Source: Azolla caroliniana (taxonomy: Eukaryota; Plantae; Polypodiophyta). Taken from it: 64,000 nt of DNA. The stretch spans positions 1-64,000 of the forward strand of contig JBHGNT010000138.1 in assembly GCA_043228905.1 (NCBI GenBank), given 5' to 3'. How positions within the stretch are numbered: position 1 is the first letter of the stretch; the number at the start of each line of letters is the position of its first letter. The notes under the pieces are model-generated. The model was not told where the DNA came from, did no database searches, and was given only the letters and a program-made list of their open reading frames with translations. Both the position numbers and the translations under genes were made by a program. Shown here in pieces: positions 36,001-49,824 of this stretch.

Positions 36001-39000
36001 GTAAGGACCGCGGTATACATCTAGAACCGGATCGGAGACAAAGTGTCGGCGCACGAGCTATATTTCGGAACGAAGCCGAACTTGCGACACTTGAGGGTGT
36101 TCGGTAGCATTGCGTATGTGCATATACCGAAGGAGAAAAGGAGGAAGCTGGATGCAAAGGCCGAGAAATGCATCTTGGTCGGTTACTCGGACGAGCATAA
36201 GGGTTATAAGTGCTATAACCCTCGCACCAAGCAAGCGCGTGTCAGCCGCGACGTTGTGTTTGACGAGTCCGCGTCCTGGTACTTGCCCCCGACTACAAAC
36301 CCCGATTCCAATCTGAGCTCTGATGATAAGGTCAGCGAGGCCGAGATGCCTCCGGATGAGCCCGAAATTGAGACCCGCGAAGAGAGTCCGATTTCACTCC
36401 GTTTAAGTGAACCGATTGGACGACTGAGTCAGTACGACCAGTCCGATAAAGAGCCGGCGAGTAGTGGAGACTCGGCCGTGCATTCCCCGCGCGGGAAGCC
36501 GAGGAGACGGCTTACACGCAAAGAGAAATGGAAGAAGAAGGTGTCGGATTCCGGCACGGATAAGAACGAGTCAGACCGATGCGAGTCCGACGGAACCGGT
36601 GACGGGTCTTTAAAGATGAAGACCGCGTCGACCGAGAAGGCCTCGACATTGGCTAATGCGAGATTACGCCGATCTACCCGCCAGAAGAATCCTGTTTTGC
36701 GGTTCGGATACAACGAGTACATGGTGCATCATTATGCGTACATGACCCGTGTAGCGGAAGTGCGTGAGCCGGAGAGCTACGCAGAAGCGGCTAAAGACGC
36801 GACTTGGCGTGCCGCGATGGAGGAAGAGATGCACGCATTGGCGGAGAATGAGACCTGGAACCTGGTTGACGCACCGAAGGGTGTGAAACCGATCGAGTGT
36901 AGGTGGGTGTACAAAGTTAAGTACAACACCGATGGCTCGGTCAACCGGTACAAGGCTCGACTAGTGGCAAAGGGCTACGCGCAGAAACACAGCATGACTA
37001 CGATGAGACATTTGCGTTGGTCGCGAAAATGACGACCGTCCGTGTTTTGCTCGCAGTAGCCGTGGCCAAGGGGTGGCACCTACATCAAATGGATGTAAAG
37101 AATGTGTTCCTGCAAGGTGACCTTGAGGAACAAGTGTACATGGTACAACCCCTCGGATTTCACTCCGGAACGAACTCCTCGGCAGTATGCCGAATGAAGA
37201 AGTCCCTTTACGGACTGAAGCAAGCCCCGCGTGCCTGGAACGCGAAGATCATGCAACAACTGCGTCGGATGGGCTTCGTCACGTCAAAATCGGACTCTTC
37301 CATGTTCATCCAGAAAGGTCGACTCGGACCGGTTAGTATTCTACTATATGTCGATGACTTGGTCATCATCGGCGCCGACCTAGGTGAAATCGACCGCGTG
37401 AAGCTCCAGCTTGCGGCATCGTTCGACATGAAGGATCTGGGGGACCTTCATTACTTCCTCGGGATCGAAGTGATCCGTACCCCCGAAGGCATATTGATCA
37501 GCCAACGTCATTACGTGCTGAGTATGCTCTTCAAATTCGGGATGGCCGACTGTAAGTCCATCTCGACTCCTCTGGATAGAACCATCAAGCTTCGTCCTGA
37601 TACGGGAGAGGTATGCGACCTGACGAGGTTCCGACAAATTGTCGGAAGCCTCATATACTTGACCATCACCCGACCCGACCTCAGTTATCCGGTTGGGGTG
37701 ACCAGTCAGTTCATGGCACGACCTACCGAGGAGCACCTTCAGTGTGCGCAACGCGTACTGCGGTACGTAAGTGGCACTAAGGACTGCGGACTGCTATATC
37801 GGCCCGGTGCAGCCGCGCAGTTAGTCGGCTACACCGATGCTGATTGGGCTGGCAACACCGCCGATCGCTGATCCACGTCCGGATACGCGTTCTCCCTCAG
37901 GAGTGCTGCGATCGCGTGGAGCAGTAAGAAGCAGCCGACAGTTGCACTGTCGAGCACCGAAGCTGACTATCGAGGAGCGGCTGTCGCGACATGCGAAGCC
38001 ATATGGTTGAAGCGGCTACTTAAGGACCTGCAAGCGGAGGTGTCAGATCCGACGACGATCTACTGCGACAACCTCAGCAGCGTCTAGCTCGCGAAGAACC
38101 CCGTTTTCCACGCACGGACCAAGCACATTGAGCTGCACTACCATTTCGTCCGTGAGCGTGTCCTTTCCAGTGAAGTCGAACTTTAGTATGTGCCGACGGA
38201 TCGGCAGACTGCCGACATCTTCACAAAGCCTCTTGGTCCGGACAAGTTACGACAATTCTCAGGTGCGTTCGGATTGCGTCACCTCGACGTGCCAAACTTG
38301 AGGGGGAGGACAGTCCCGAACAACCAAGCAAGACAGCAGGAAAGGAGCAGAGACTGCGACACCGAGTCGGTTGTCGAGTTCGACTTCGAATCGGCTAAAG
38401 AAGCCGAGGGCGGACCCGCGGAAAAGTCCGGAAGCGGACAGAAGGGGAGGAACCGAAGGAGAGAGCCGAAGCCAACCACGCATGGGGGAGATGACGCCAT
38501 CGAGGGCGAGAAGACCGAAGACGAGTTGGAGACAGCCAACTCGGACGAGAGCGAAAACCGATCGGAGGTAGCCGAGTCGGTTCGGATGTTTGATTCAGAC
38601 ACGTTGAATCAACCAAGGCCCAAGCGGAAGAAAAGGCAACAGAAGAAGTGTCGACACCGCAACAACAGAAGAGCTGATAAGGGCCACATGAGCAGAAAAG
38701 CCGACCGGAAGGGTCGAAGCGCGCGGAGTTGAACAGGTCGAGGAGCGTGAGTGAGGCGTGAAGCCAGGAGGAACCGGAGCTGTAAAGATCCCGAAGAGCC
38801 TCAAGTTGAGCTTGAAGGGGAGTGTTGAGAGACAAGCTCAACATCGGCCGGATCGGCTGAAGAAGCCGAGGACCGGATCGGTTGGAACCGATCGGTTAGG
38901 CCGTTAGGAAAGATATTCCATGAGGAATATATTTGGGAGTTACTGTAGGAGCTCTTAATGAGCATTGAAGTACTATTAGTACTTTGGTCAGTCCTTTTAG

Positions 39001-40818
39001 GACTTGTACAAAGTGTTCATTGAACACATATATGTAGTGTTTTTTGTCTTTCTTGAATATACATATTCTCTCTCCTGGTCTCTCCCGAGTATACTGCGTA
39101 AGCTCAAGCTCTCCATTAAACTTGAGTGTTCTTCTTTTCTGTTCTGTCTTCATACTTGCTTCCGCACGCTACTTTCTACAAACGCAAAGCTTCGCCGAGA
39201 TTCGGGAAAGGCATGCGACTTGACATGGTTTCGACAGATTGTCAGAAGCCTGATATATTTGACGGTCACTAGGCCGGACCTCAACTACCCGGTCGGACTC
39301 AGTTTATGTTGCAGCCTACGGCCAAACAGTTTTAGTGCACGCAAAGGATATTGCGATATGTCAGTGGCACAAAAGACATGGTGTTGTTGTATTGGGCAGG
39401 CGTAGCTGAACAGATGGTTGGCTGCATGGATGCTGATTGGGCCAGAAACGCCAGTGATCGTAGATCCACATCCGGATATGCCTTCTCATTAGGAAGTGTG
39501 GCGATCGCGTGGAGTAGTAAGAAGCAGCCGACAGTAGCACCGTCGAGCACAGAGGCCAAATATCGAGGGCCGACTATCGCTACGTGCGAAGTCATTTGGC
39601 TGAAACGACTGTTACGAGATTTGCATGTGGATGTGTCCGATCCGACGAAGATCTATTGCAACAACCTTAGCAGTATCCACCTTGCGAAAAACCATGTATT
39701 CCACGCCCGGACCAAGCACATTGAGGTGCATTACCATTTTCTCTGCGAGCGGGTCCTTTCAGGTGAAGGCGTATGTTCCAACGGATCAACAAGTTGCCGA
39801 CATTTTCACCAAGCCTCTTAGTCTCAACAAGTTGCGGCATTTCTTGGGTGAGCTTGGGTTGCGTCACCTCGACACGTCGAACTTGAGGGGGAGACAGGAG
39901 CAAGAGAGTGAAAGGAGGGGAGGTGATCATCGCGGCGGAAGTGACCGTGATGTGGAGTCAGATGAAGAATTCAATTTCGGGTCGGCTGAAGAAGCTGATG
40001 AAGAGAGGAAGGGCCGAGGACGACCGAATTAGGGGGAGGTAAGGCCAAGACCAAGACGTGGTCTGACATTGTCAAAGGCCTAAAAACTTAAGACGAATTG
40101 GAGACAACCAATTTGGATGTAAGTGGAATTGAATCGGAAGAGACTGATTCAATAGAAATATTCGATTCGGATATTGCGAGTCAAATCAGGGCCAAGTGGA
40201 GGAAAGAGCAGCGGAAGAGGTGCCAACACCGCAACAACAAGGGAGCTCAGAAGGGCCAAATGAACAGACTAGCCGACCAGAAGGGTTGAGGAGTGCGGAA
40301 TCAAATAGGTCATGGAACACGAGCAAGGCGTGAAGCCAGGAAAGCCGGAGTGAAGATCCAGAGGAGCATGTGGAACTTCAAGTTGAGCTTGAGGGGGGGG
40401 TGTTGAGTGACAAGCTCAACATTGGGTGCATAACACAATGCGTAACCTAGTGTGTAAACTAGGTGCGTAAAACAATACGCATAACGTGGTCGTATCAGTG
40501 CGCAAACCGAAAGGCCATTAGTATGGTATTCCTTGTAAGGAATAATTTTGGGAGTTAGTGTAGTAGGCTCATTTATGAGCAGTCAAGTACTGTCAGTACT
40601 TGTGTCAGCCCGATAGTTAGGGTTTGTATAAAAGGTGCTCATTGAGCACGAAATATGTACAGAGTGTCATTATTTTGAAATAGAACTAAGTTGCCTCTCA
40701 ATCTCTGTCTCTCCATCTCCATCTCCATCTCTGTGTTCTCTGTGTTTTACCAAACTATCGGTCTCCGAACTGTGTACTCTGTGTTGTGCATACGTTTCCG
40801 CACATGTATTCTTTTACA
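30090..40818 (+). mobile_element. Ty1/copia pseudo-element lacking its 5' LTR; 3' LTR 40401-40818; split by the element at 33623-39180
   Basis: gag MDRGMGSSLLTEKLDRSNYASWSY, WYVDSGASNHMT, integrase and RT HQMDVKNAFL/LLYVDDL. It resumes at 39181 with RNase H, then PPT GAGGGGGGG and TGTTGAG..TTTTACA. Confidence 0.9.
33623..39180 (+). mobile_element. Full-length Ty1/copia element, LTRs 33623-33980 and 38823-39180, PBS-Met 33981
   Basis: 358-bp TG..CA LTRs (about 9 differences by eye), TSD AATGC/AACGC and TGGTATCAGAG. The gag-PR-IN-RT-RH order is complete, with several stops and frameshifts. Confidence 0.96.
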
Positions 40819-43053
40819 AAGATCCACGCGTAGCACAAGTAGTCGTCGATGAAGGTGACGTAGAATCGGCATCCGCCGATCATTGGCATTTGAGCTGGTC
40901 TCCATACATTCGAGTGTATGATGTCGAGGAGGCCTTTGCTCGCGTGGCTCACCTTCGGGAATGGGAGTCGATGTTGTTTACCGAGTTGACGCGCTTCACA
41001 TACTCGGTTGACTTGAATGTTGGAATTCCGATGACGACGACCTTTGATTTGCGTAGCTCGGAGCCGTTGGAGGTTTATGTGGCCAATTCTCTTGTGCCAC
41101 AACTCGATGCTTGTCTCCGTTTTGAGACCTTTAGCGTACATTGCCGATTTCATCTTGTTCGAACGAGGATGAACATTCGACCATCTCTCGGCCCCTTAGC
41201 TATGAGTCGGCCATCTTTCTCGATGAAACAACCTTCGTTGTTGAAGCGGACTTGCATGCCTTGCTCCACGATTTGGCCGACCGAGACCAAATTCTTCATT
41301 ATCGTGGGCACGTGCAAGACATTCTTGATGCAAGTTTGCTCGCCTTCTTTCCCGAATGGGACATTGTCAATGTGCCGAATAGGATGTGTGGTGTCGTCAC
41401 CCATCTCTATGATGTCGGGTCGATTGGGTGTGTGCAAATCATTGAACCACTCTTCGTGGGATGTCATGTGATGTGAGGCACCGGAATCGACGAACCACAC
41501 ATATTCTGAGTTGGAGGTGCTTGTGGATTGGAGGCCATCATAGAGTTCGCTCTATGTCTCATTACGAATAGACCACCGTAGTCGTTGTATTCGGAGTTGT
41601 TGGCGTAGTTTGTGAGTTGTCGATTTGTCGAAGCCGACTCACTTCTCTTTTTCCAACACTCCTCTTTGCAGTGGCCGATTTTGCCGCAATAATTGCATGG
41701 TATGGGCCTCATTTGGCGACCTTGTTCGGCATGGAAGCTCCCCCTTCTTCTGAAGGTTCTTTGATGGCTTCCGTGAAGGTTTGAGTTCCCTTCATGCGAT
41801 GGGCCGAATTGGCCTCTTCTACTACCTCGACTTCGTCCTCAACTACCATCTAAATTCGAGAAGAACATTTGTCCTTCCGATGTCTTGGTTTTGGCTTGAA
41901 CGTGGTTCTCTTCAACCATTAGCATTAATTGAAGGTCGAAGAACGAAGGAGGATTTTCCCTCGCCAAGATTGCCGTCCTCAACGAGTCGAATCGTTGTGC
42001 AACGCCGCCCAAGCATACTTGAACCATCTCGTCTTCGTCGACGTTTATTTTGATGGAGCCAAGCGAGTTGCAAATGCTGTTGATCTTGGCAATGTAGTCC
42101 GAATGTTGTTAAACTCTTGTCGTAGTTGAAGCTTTTGGGCGGTCGTGTTGGCGGCGAACATTTTCTTTAAGTTCTCCCACGTCTCTTTCGGCGTCTTGGC
42201 GTCTCGAATGTGGCTAAGCATGTGGTCGTGGACACATGTTCCCAAGCAATACATGACTCGACTAACCGCTTGCTTCCATGTTGAGTAGTCGACGTTCTTT
42301 GCGTTCGATCGATTTTCTTGAGCGCCGTTGATGTAACTCCAATACCCTTGGCTGACAAGGTATTGGGTCATCTTGTAGTCCCAAGATGAATAATTGCTCT
42401 GGTCTAGCTTTTCACTAGGGGGCGAGCTACCCATTTGTGTGTTCATTTTGATGTAGTGTCTTTCGTTTTGCTTTTCTTCCTTCGATCATGTACTCGTGCT
42501 ACGTAGCGGCACTATGGTAGCGGATAGCTGGAATTTGTCATCGGTGTTTCGAACACACAATTATGAAGAGGCGGATGGGCTTAGTGGATATGCTAAACCA
42601 CATGCTCTAATACCATGTTAATAATTAGGTAATTAAACATGGGTTAATTAGTACCTAATTATGTGATTAGTTGATAAGCGGAAGATTACGTGATATGTGT
42701 GTGTATGTGTGTGAGAGGAAGAGAGAGAGAAGTACACTTATGAACAACACAAGATGGGGGATGATTAACTCTATATTAAATTAGCATTATCATCATCAAA
42801 TACAAAAATACCCACAATGAGGTATATATACATCTCATGTGCAAAGGTGCACATCTGTGAGTAGAATATAGGTACTAAGGTATAAGTCCTATATTAAATG
42901 TACTTAGGAGTGTAAGATCTAGAATATCCCCCTAAGTACAAGGTCCTATTTAAGGCGTTATAGTCAACACTCCTAACTAGATTCTATCTAGGTAACTACA
43001 AAGTTATATGGTTGACTAAATAACTAAACTAAGTTGAGGTTGATCTCTCAACA

Positions 43054-44058
43054 ATTTTCAACCACAAGCCCCGATTGATGTTAATATACATCATGATGAG
43101 TTGCGAAGTACACAAAACTTTCTTCGGGATATGCAAGATGTGTTGCATATTGCACGAGATAATATAAAAAAAACTCAAGATAGAGCTCATTTTTATGCCA
43201 ATCATAATAGGCAACCTCGTGTATTCAACTCTGGACAGAAAGTACTTTTACGTGTACCTCACAATTCTAAGACATTGTCTACAGGTAAGTGCGTTAAGTT
43301 AACCCCATGGTTTTGTGGACCTTTTACAGTCCTCAAAAGCATTGGTTCATCAGCCAATTGTCTTGTTGTTCCTAATGGCGTTGAAATCCATCCAATTTTT
43401 TATGTAGATCGTCTAAAAGAACTTCTTGGTTATGGCGACAATACAGTGACAATTGAAACTCTGGTTAAAACGAAAAATTTGCGTTCTAAAATAATCCGAG
43501 AATTTAAAACAAAATGGATGGATAAGTCTATCAAAGATACCACATAGGAACCCGAAAATACACTTACAACTAACTTCCCTAACTTTCCATTACAAGAGTG
43601 CAATGTTTTAAAGAGGGGAAGTATGTTACGGGCATGACCATATCCCGTGGTGAGTTTTACCATAGTATTCTATACACATGGATAAAGTGTGAGTGTAAAG
43701 AAGGAAAGGATTGCTTTTAGTCCTTGGGATTGGGACAACCCATTAGGCCAAGTGTGAACTTGCTTGGGGACCTTAGGTTTGGCTATAAATATGAGGCCTA
43801 GTTACCCTCATTTGACACATTATCGACTATGTCGAGACTCCGTCATTGTGGTGGGTCAACTCATGTAGTGAGTGCGCCAGCACCAGGTACGACTCGACGC
43901 CACAACGGTGGTATGGGATGCCGATCGAGGCCCGTCCGTCTCGATTCCTTCGCTCGGGGGTGGTCGGGTGGATCGGAACCCTTCTTTCTCTCTCTCCTTT
44001 CTTATTTTATATCTATTATATCCTTATCTCATGTTTACATTAGGATCTAGCTCTACCA
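43054..44058 (+). mobile_element. Ty3/gypsy integrase/chromodomain remnant with PPT and 3' LTR (43624-~44058)
   Basis: ARDNIKKTQDR..YANHNR..KLTPWFCGPF..IHPIFYVDRLK, then PPT AAGAGGGGAAG followed by TGTTACGGGCATGACC. Confidence 0.8.
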
Positions 44059-44919
44059 AGTCCAGTGGATGTGAACCATTGATTGTAAGACCAACGAATA
44101 ATTCCTTAAAATGGAAAATTGTTATAGAGGCTCACAAATTACTAAATAATTGCCGCTAGAAGGCACACATTTGAACGAGAAGATGGGAGGGGATATATAT
44201 ACAATCAATGAACGATTTTGTGTAATATAAGGTTTGTAATATAATTTCTCCCTCTTTTTATCTTGAACATTTGCATATAATGTTGTAGTGTAATTGCTAT
44301 CAAGTGACCTAACTTATAAAGGCAACACTCAGCTAGTATCATTTGTGAATCTACCATTCATAATGTGGTTTTCATTTTTATGATAGGAATCTAGTTAACG
44401 ATAGGATACATGCATAGTGAGGCCAAAGGTAAGAGGCCAAAGCCAAAGCATTGGATGCAAACTATCACTAAAAGAGCCCTTCTTCCCCACCTAGATGCTG
44501 TGGACAATGGATCAAAGGTAAGATGTATAGAGAATACTAAACAACCCCCTAATCTAATAAATGCATGCTCTTGAGTCATGATATCACACAACCATGTGTG
44601 CCTAAGCTGCTCGAGCGGAACTACATGGAATCTATACTAGGGAAGATGTGATCTCATACAAGAAGAACCTTAAAACCCCTTTGAAGGTTTCCTTGAGGAA
44701 TTTCCCCTTTCTTTGTAAATAATGCTCGTTGATCTCCTGGGCTCGCTAGGCTCATGGGCTCCTCAAGCTCGTAGAGTTACTAGGCTTTTGGGCTCCTTGG
44801 GCCCATTGGCCTTGTGGCCTTGTTTGTGTCATGGGCAAGTTAGGGTCGTACGCTCCTATCATTTTGGGATCCTCTGAATCTTGTGCTCCTTGGATTCCTC
44901 TTCTAGCCACCACTACTTT

Positions 44920-45219
44920 TATTAAGCGAGCACGCTCAACCGGATCCGAATCGGCGGAATAAGCCAAAGCTGGATCGGTGTACGGATGATATCCGGAACT
45001 AGGAGCCGGATAAGAGACCTAGATCGGATTGAAACCAGCAGGCCATTAGAGGCCTACGTAGGCATTTTTTTGGGATTCAGTGATAGTTGCTCATGTGAGC
45101 ATTGATGTACCTGTCAGTACTTCTGCCAGCCCTTTATGAACTTGTATAAAAGTGCTCTCTGATCACATTCTATGTACACATAATATTGAGAGTATTATTT
45201 TGAATTGAGTTTATGTTCT

Positions 45220-45261
<42 letters not shown>

Positions 45262-48200
45262 CCTCCCACGCGTATTCTCTGTGTTAAGTTCTCCATTAAA
45301 CCTGTTACGAGCATGACCATATAATATCCTGTGGTGAGAATTTACCGTAGTATTCTATACACGTGGATAAGTGTGAGGGTTAAATGAGAGTGTAAAGAAG
45401 GGGAGGATTACTTTTAATCCTCGAGATTGAGACAACCCATTAGGCCAAGTGTGAACTTGCATGGGGGCCTTGGGTATCGCTATAAATAAGAGACCTAGCT
45501 ACCCTCATTTCATCATCTTGTTGACTACATCAAGACTATGTTCTTGTGGTGGGTCAACTCTTGTAGTGAGCGCGCCGACACCAGGTATGGGACGCCGATT
45601 GAGGCTCGAGTTCGTCTCGATCCCTTCGCTCGAGGGTGGTCGGGTGGATCAACATTCTTCTTTCTCTCTCTCCTCTCTATCTAGATCTATTGTTTATCCT
45701 TATCCTTTGCTTACATTAGTACATATCTATAATAAAACCTTTTCTCATTTTCTATTGCTATATGGCTGAGCCGGTTTGTCAAATGCTTCTGCACGCTAAC
45801 TTTCACATGGTATCAGAGCGCGAGGGTTGAGAACCTCTACAACCGACAGACGCTTTCGAAGACAAACCCTAGTACCCGGTAATGACAGACAAAGAAAGAT
45901 ATGGACTGAGGTATGGTGAGTTCACTTCCCACAGAGAAGGTCAACTAGAGCAACTACACGTCCTGGTCATATAAAATGCACCAGTACTTGTGCCGGAGCC
46001 GGCACACAAGGACTTCTTGGTATGGGAGCAAGGAGTGAGCCGAGTTTTGTATTGCCTCACCTCCTGTGTGTATGATCAGATGCTCAGCTACATCAAGGAT
46101 GCAAAGACGCCGAAGGAGGCCTAGGAAAATCTACGGAAGATTTTCGCCGCAAGTACCACAACCTGTAAGTTGCAGCTCTGGCAAGAGCTAAACAACATCC
46201 AACAGAGAGACATGTCGGTTACGGACTACACCACCAAGGTAAAGGAGATTTGTGACGCGGTTGGGTCCATCAACGTGACGGTGGACGAACACGAGATGGT
46301 CCATATTTGTCTTGGTGATCTAGCACAACAATACGGGCCAATCCGGATGGCAATTTGCACCTGGGAGAAACCACCGTCCTTCTTTGAATTACAATCAATG
46401 TTGATGGTCGAAGAAAACCACGCGAGTGGGTTGAAGAACACTCAATCGATGCCGTGGGCGTGGAGGACGAGGTGGGTCGGCACGCAATGGAAGCGGCCGG
46501 CAAGAGCAGAACTGAAGGCACGGAGACGATGCCGACAACAGTTCCGGACCCCCCATAAGTAGGGGGAGTCAAGTCAGAGCTGGAAATTGGCAAGGAAAAG
46601 CCGACATGGAATGCTGGTACTATGGCAAAAAGGGCCATAGGGAAAGCGAGTGCTGGAAGAAGCACGCCGATTTGGATAAATCCGGATCCGGCAAGATCGG
46701 ATAGGGAAACTGGCAAAGCTCGCACTATGCAGAAGGATCGGAAGGATTCAGAACCGGGAAGACCGGTAAAGGGCCAACCTTCGTGATGAAGCACAAGGCT
46801 AACTCGATGAAGAAGACTACTTCCAAATCATAGGAATTATGGTATGTTGATTCTGGAGCGTCCAACCACATGACGAGCCATGAAGAGTGGTTCTCTTTTT
46901 TGGAGAAACCAGAACAACAGGGGATTGTCGAAACTGGAGACGACACCCCTCACCCGATTGTGCATGTCGGAGAAAAGGGGAAGCTGATGAACGTAAATTA
47001 CACGTTCCGAATATCACAAAGAACTTGGTATCGGTCGGACAAATCGTCGACCAAGGAATGCAAGTGCGGTTTAGGTGCCTCGGGTGCTTCATCTTAGAAG
47101 AAGGCTGGATAATTGCGCAAGGGCGTAGAGAAGGGAGGATGTTCATCCTCAACACTAATGATGTTGACACCGCCATGTTTGCCAAAGGACAGAAGATTGA
47201 ATCATACATCGATCTCTGGCACAAGCGGATCGGTCACGTCAATTATCGGAGGCTTCAGGACCTACAATCGAAACAAGTTGTGTTCGGTTTGCCAAAATTC
47301 AGTGGCCGGAAGGCCCGAATTTGTGAAGCCTGCTAACTCGGGAAGCAAACCGGCTTCCATTCCCCACCGAACGAAACCAGAGCCGTAACAAGCTCGACTT
47401 AATCCACTTGGATGTATGGGGACCGACACAAAACTTTAGTCTTGGCGGGAGTCAATATTTCTTCTCCTTCATCGGCGACTATAGCCGACACATGTGGATC
47501 TACCTCATCGAGAAGAAAAGCGAAGTCTTCGAATGTTTTTGGAACCTTCAAAGCTTAGTTGAATGGGAAACAGAGAGGAAGATCAAGTGCCTGTGGTCGA
47601 ATGGTGGAAAAGAATACTTTTCCGGCCAATTCAACAGTTATCTGCAGCAGAACGGAATTCAGAGAGAATTCAGCTGCAGATACACACCAGAGCAAAACGG
47701 TGTGGCTGAAAGGAAGAACCGGTTGATTGTTGACGTGGCAAGGGCAATGTTGGAGGAGAAGAGCATGCCCCAATTCTATTGGGCTGAGGTGGTCCGAACG
47801 ACCATCTACATCCAAAACCGGATCGGAGACAAGGTGTTAGCACATGAGCTGTACGTCGGGCGGAAGTCAAATTTGAGGCACCTTTGGATATTCGGTAGCA
47901 TAGCATATGTGAATGAACCGGATGGGAAGCGAAAGAAGCTAGATCCGAAGTCGGAGAAGTGCATCCTAATAGGTTACTCGCATGAGAAAAAGGGGAACAG
48001 TCTGGACGGTCCGGTTTGCATTTTGCTTTATGTAGAAGATTTAGTCATCACCGACCGAGTGAAGTCCCAACTATCAGACACATTTGAAATGAAGGACTTG
48101 GGGAACCTTCATTATTTTCTTGGGATCGAGGTGATCTAAACCCCCGATGGCATATTGCTCTCACAACGCCATTATGTGTTGAATATGTTGTACAAGTTCC

Positions 48201-49786
48201 GCATGATTGAATATTGACCGATCTCCACAACCCTAGACCGGAACTTGAAGCTACGTCCTCACTCCAGCCCGACCTGTGATGAGAAACGGTCAAGCACCTT
48301 TACTGCGCACACCGGATACTCTGGTATGTTAGCGGCACGAAGAACCGAGGACTGTTATACTGACACAATATAGCTGGGAAGCTAGTCGGATATACCGATG
48401 CCAACTGGGTTGGTGATGCATCGGATCGCCGATCCACCTCCGGTTACATGTTTTCTCCTGGTAGCGTGGTTGTCACGTGGAGCAGCAAAAACAAGCCAAC
48501 AATGGCTTTGTCGAGCACTGAGGCTGAATACCGGGGCCCTACCATTGCCACCTGTGAAGCCATTTGGCTTCGGCGACTGTTGCGAGACCTCCGGATTGAG
48601 GTGCCGAACCCGATCCTCATCTACTGTGACAATGTAAGCAGCATACAGCTCGCCAAGAATCCTGTATTCCATGCTCGGACAAAGCACATAGAAGTGCATT
48701 ATCACTTTGTTCACGAGCGGGTCATGAGCAGTGAAGTTGAATTTCGGTATGTTCACACGGATCGGCAGGTTGCCGACGTCTTCACCAAGCCACTCGGATC
48801 GGACAAGTTGCAACATTTTTTAGAGATGCTCGGCATTCAACATCTCGATGTGCTGCACTTGAGGGGGAGAATAGGAACAGGAATGGATGGCACCAAAAAA
48901 GGAGCTGGAGAGGAAGAAAGAACCAAGGTGGGAGACGAGCAGATAAAGGAAGTCGAGACGACCGAAGGAGTCGGCACATCCAAACAAGTTGGAGCAATCG
49001 GCAATGATGGCAGAGTCAAGAAGGACAGAGCCGACCGGAAGAAGGCCAAGAAATGGAGGTGGTCCGATGTGGTGAAGGGCCTAAAAACAAAAGCCGAGTT
49101 GGAGACTACCAACTCGGACAAGAGTTGGAACGAATCGGAGGAAGCCGATCCTGTTCAAGATTCACAGAAGTCATATCAAGTAAAGGCCAAGTGGACGAGG
49201 AGGCAACGGAAGTCGACATCGACACGGAGGAACCAATGGATCGACAAGCGCTGTAGTCATAGCAGTGAAGGAGCTGAAATGGGCCTATTGATCAAACAAG
49301 CCGACCAAGGAGGTCGAGGTGCGCAGTACCAGACAGGTCGCGGGAAGCGGAAGCGAACCAGACGAGGAGCGCGAGCAAGGCGGGAGGACGTCAGAAGGAG
49401 CTAGAGGAAAGCACCGACTATTGCAGACACTGACACCATGATCCGACCTCAAGTTGAGCTTGAGGGGGAGTGTTGAGCGAGCAAGCTCAAGCGGATCCGG
49501 TTTGGTTGAATAAGCCAGAGCCGGATCGGTATCCGGATGATATCCAGAACCAGGAGCCGTATTGGAGACCCGGATAAGATTGAAACCAATAGGCCATTAG
49601 AGGCCTACGGATCCAACCTAGTACGCAGGCATATTTTTGGGAGTTAGTGATAGTCGCTCATGTGAGCATTGAAGTACCTGTTAGTACTTCTCTCAGTCCC
49701 TTATGGACTTGTATAAAAGTGTTGTCTGAGCACATTGTATGTACACAGAATATTGAGAGTATTATTTTGATTTGATTTTATGTTAT

Positions 49787-49824
<38 letters not shown>

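Larger units (their letters stand above)
23368..43053 (-). mobile_element. Host Ty1/copia element: 5' LTR 42616-43053, PBS-Met 42604-42615, gag to integrase 42446-40820 and 30090-29200, 3' LTR remnant 23368-23426 + 29093-29199
   Basis: The LTR sequence around CCTAAGTACAAGGTCC/TATTTAAGGCG is shared by both ends. Contains gag SEKLDQSNYSSWDYKM, WFVDSGASHHMT, HLKVFRSI...KCILIGYS, and a PPT at 29200. RT is deleted. Confidence 0.85.

Noticed and set aside
38300-38820. Envelope-like gene in the copia 3' region
   Set aside because: The tail is in frame with RNase H, highly charged, and has no transmembrane segment
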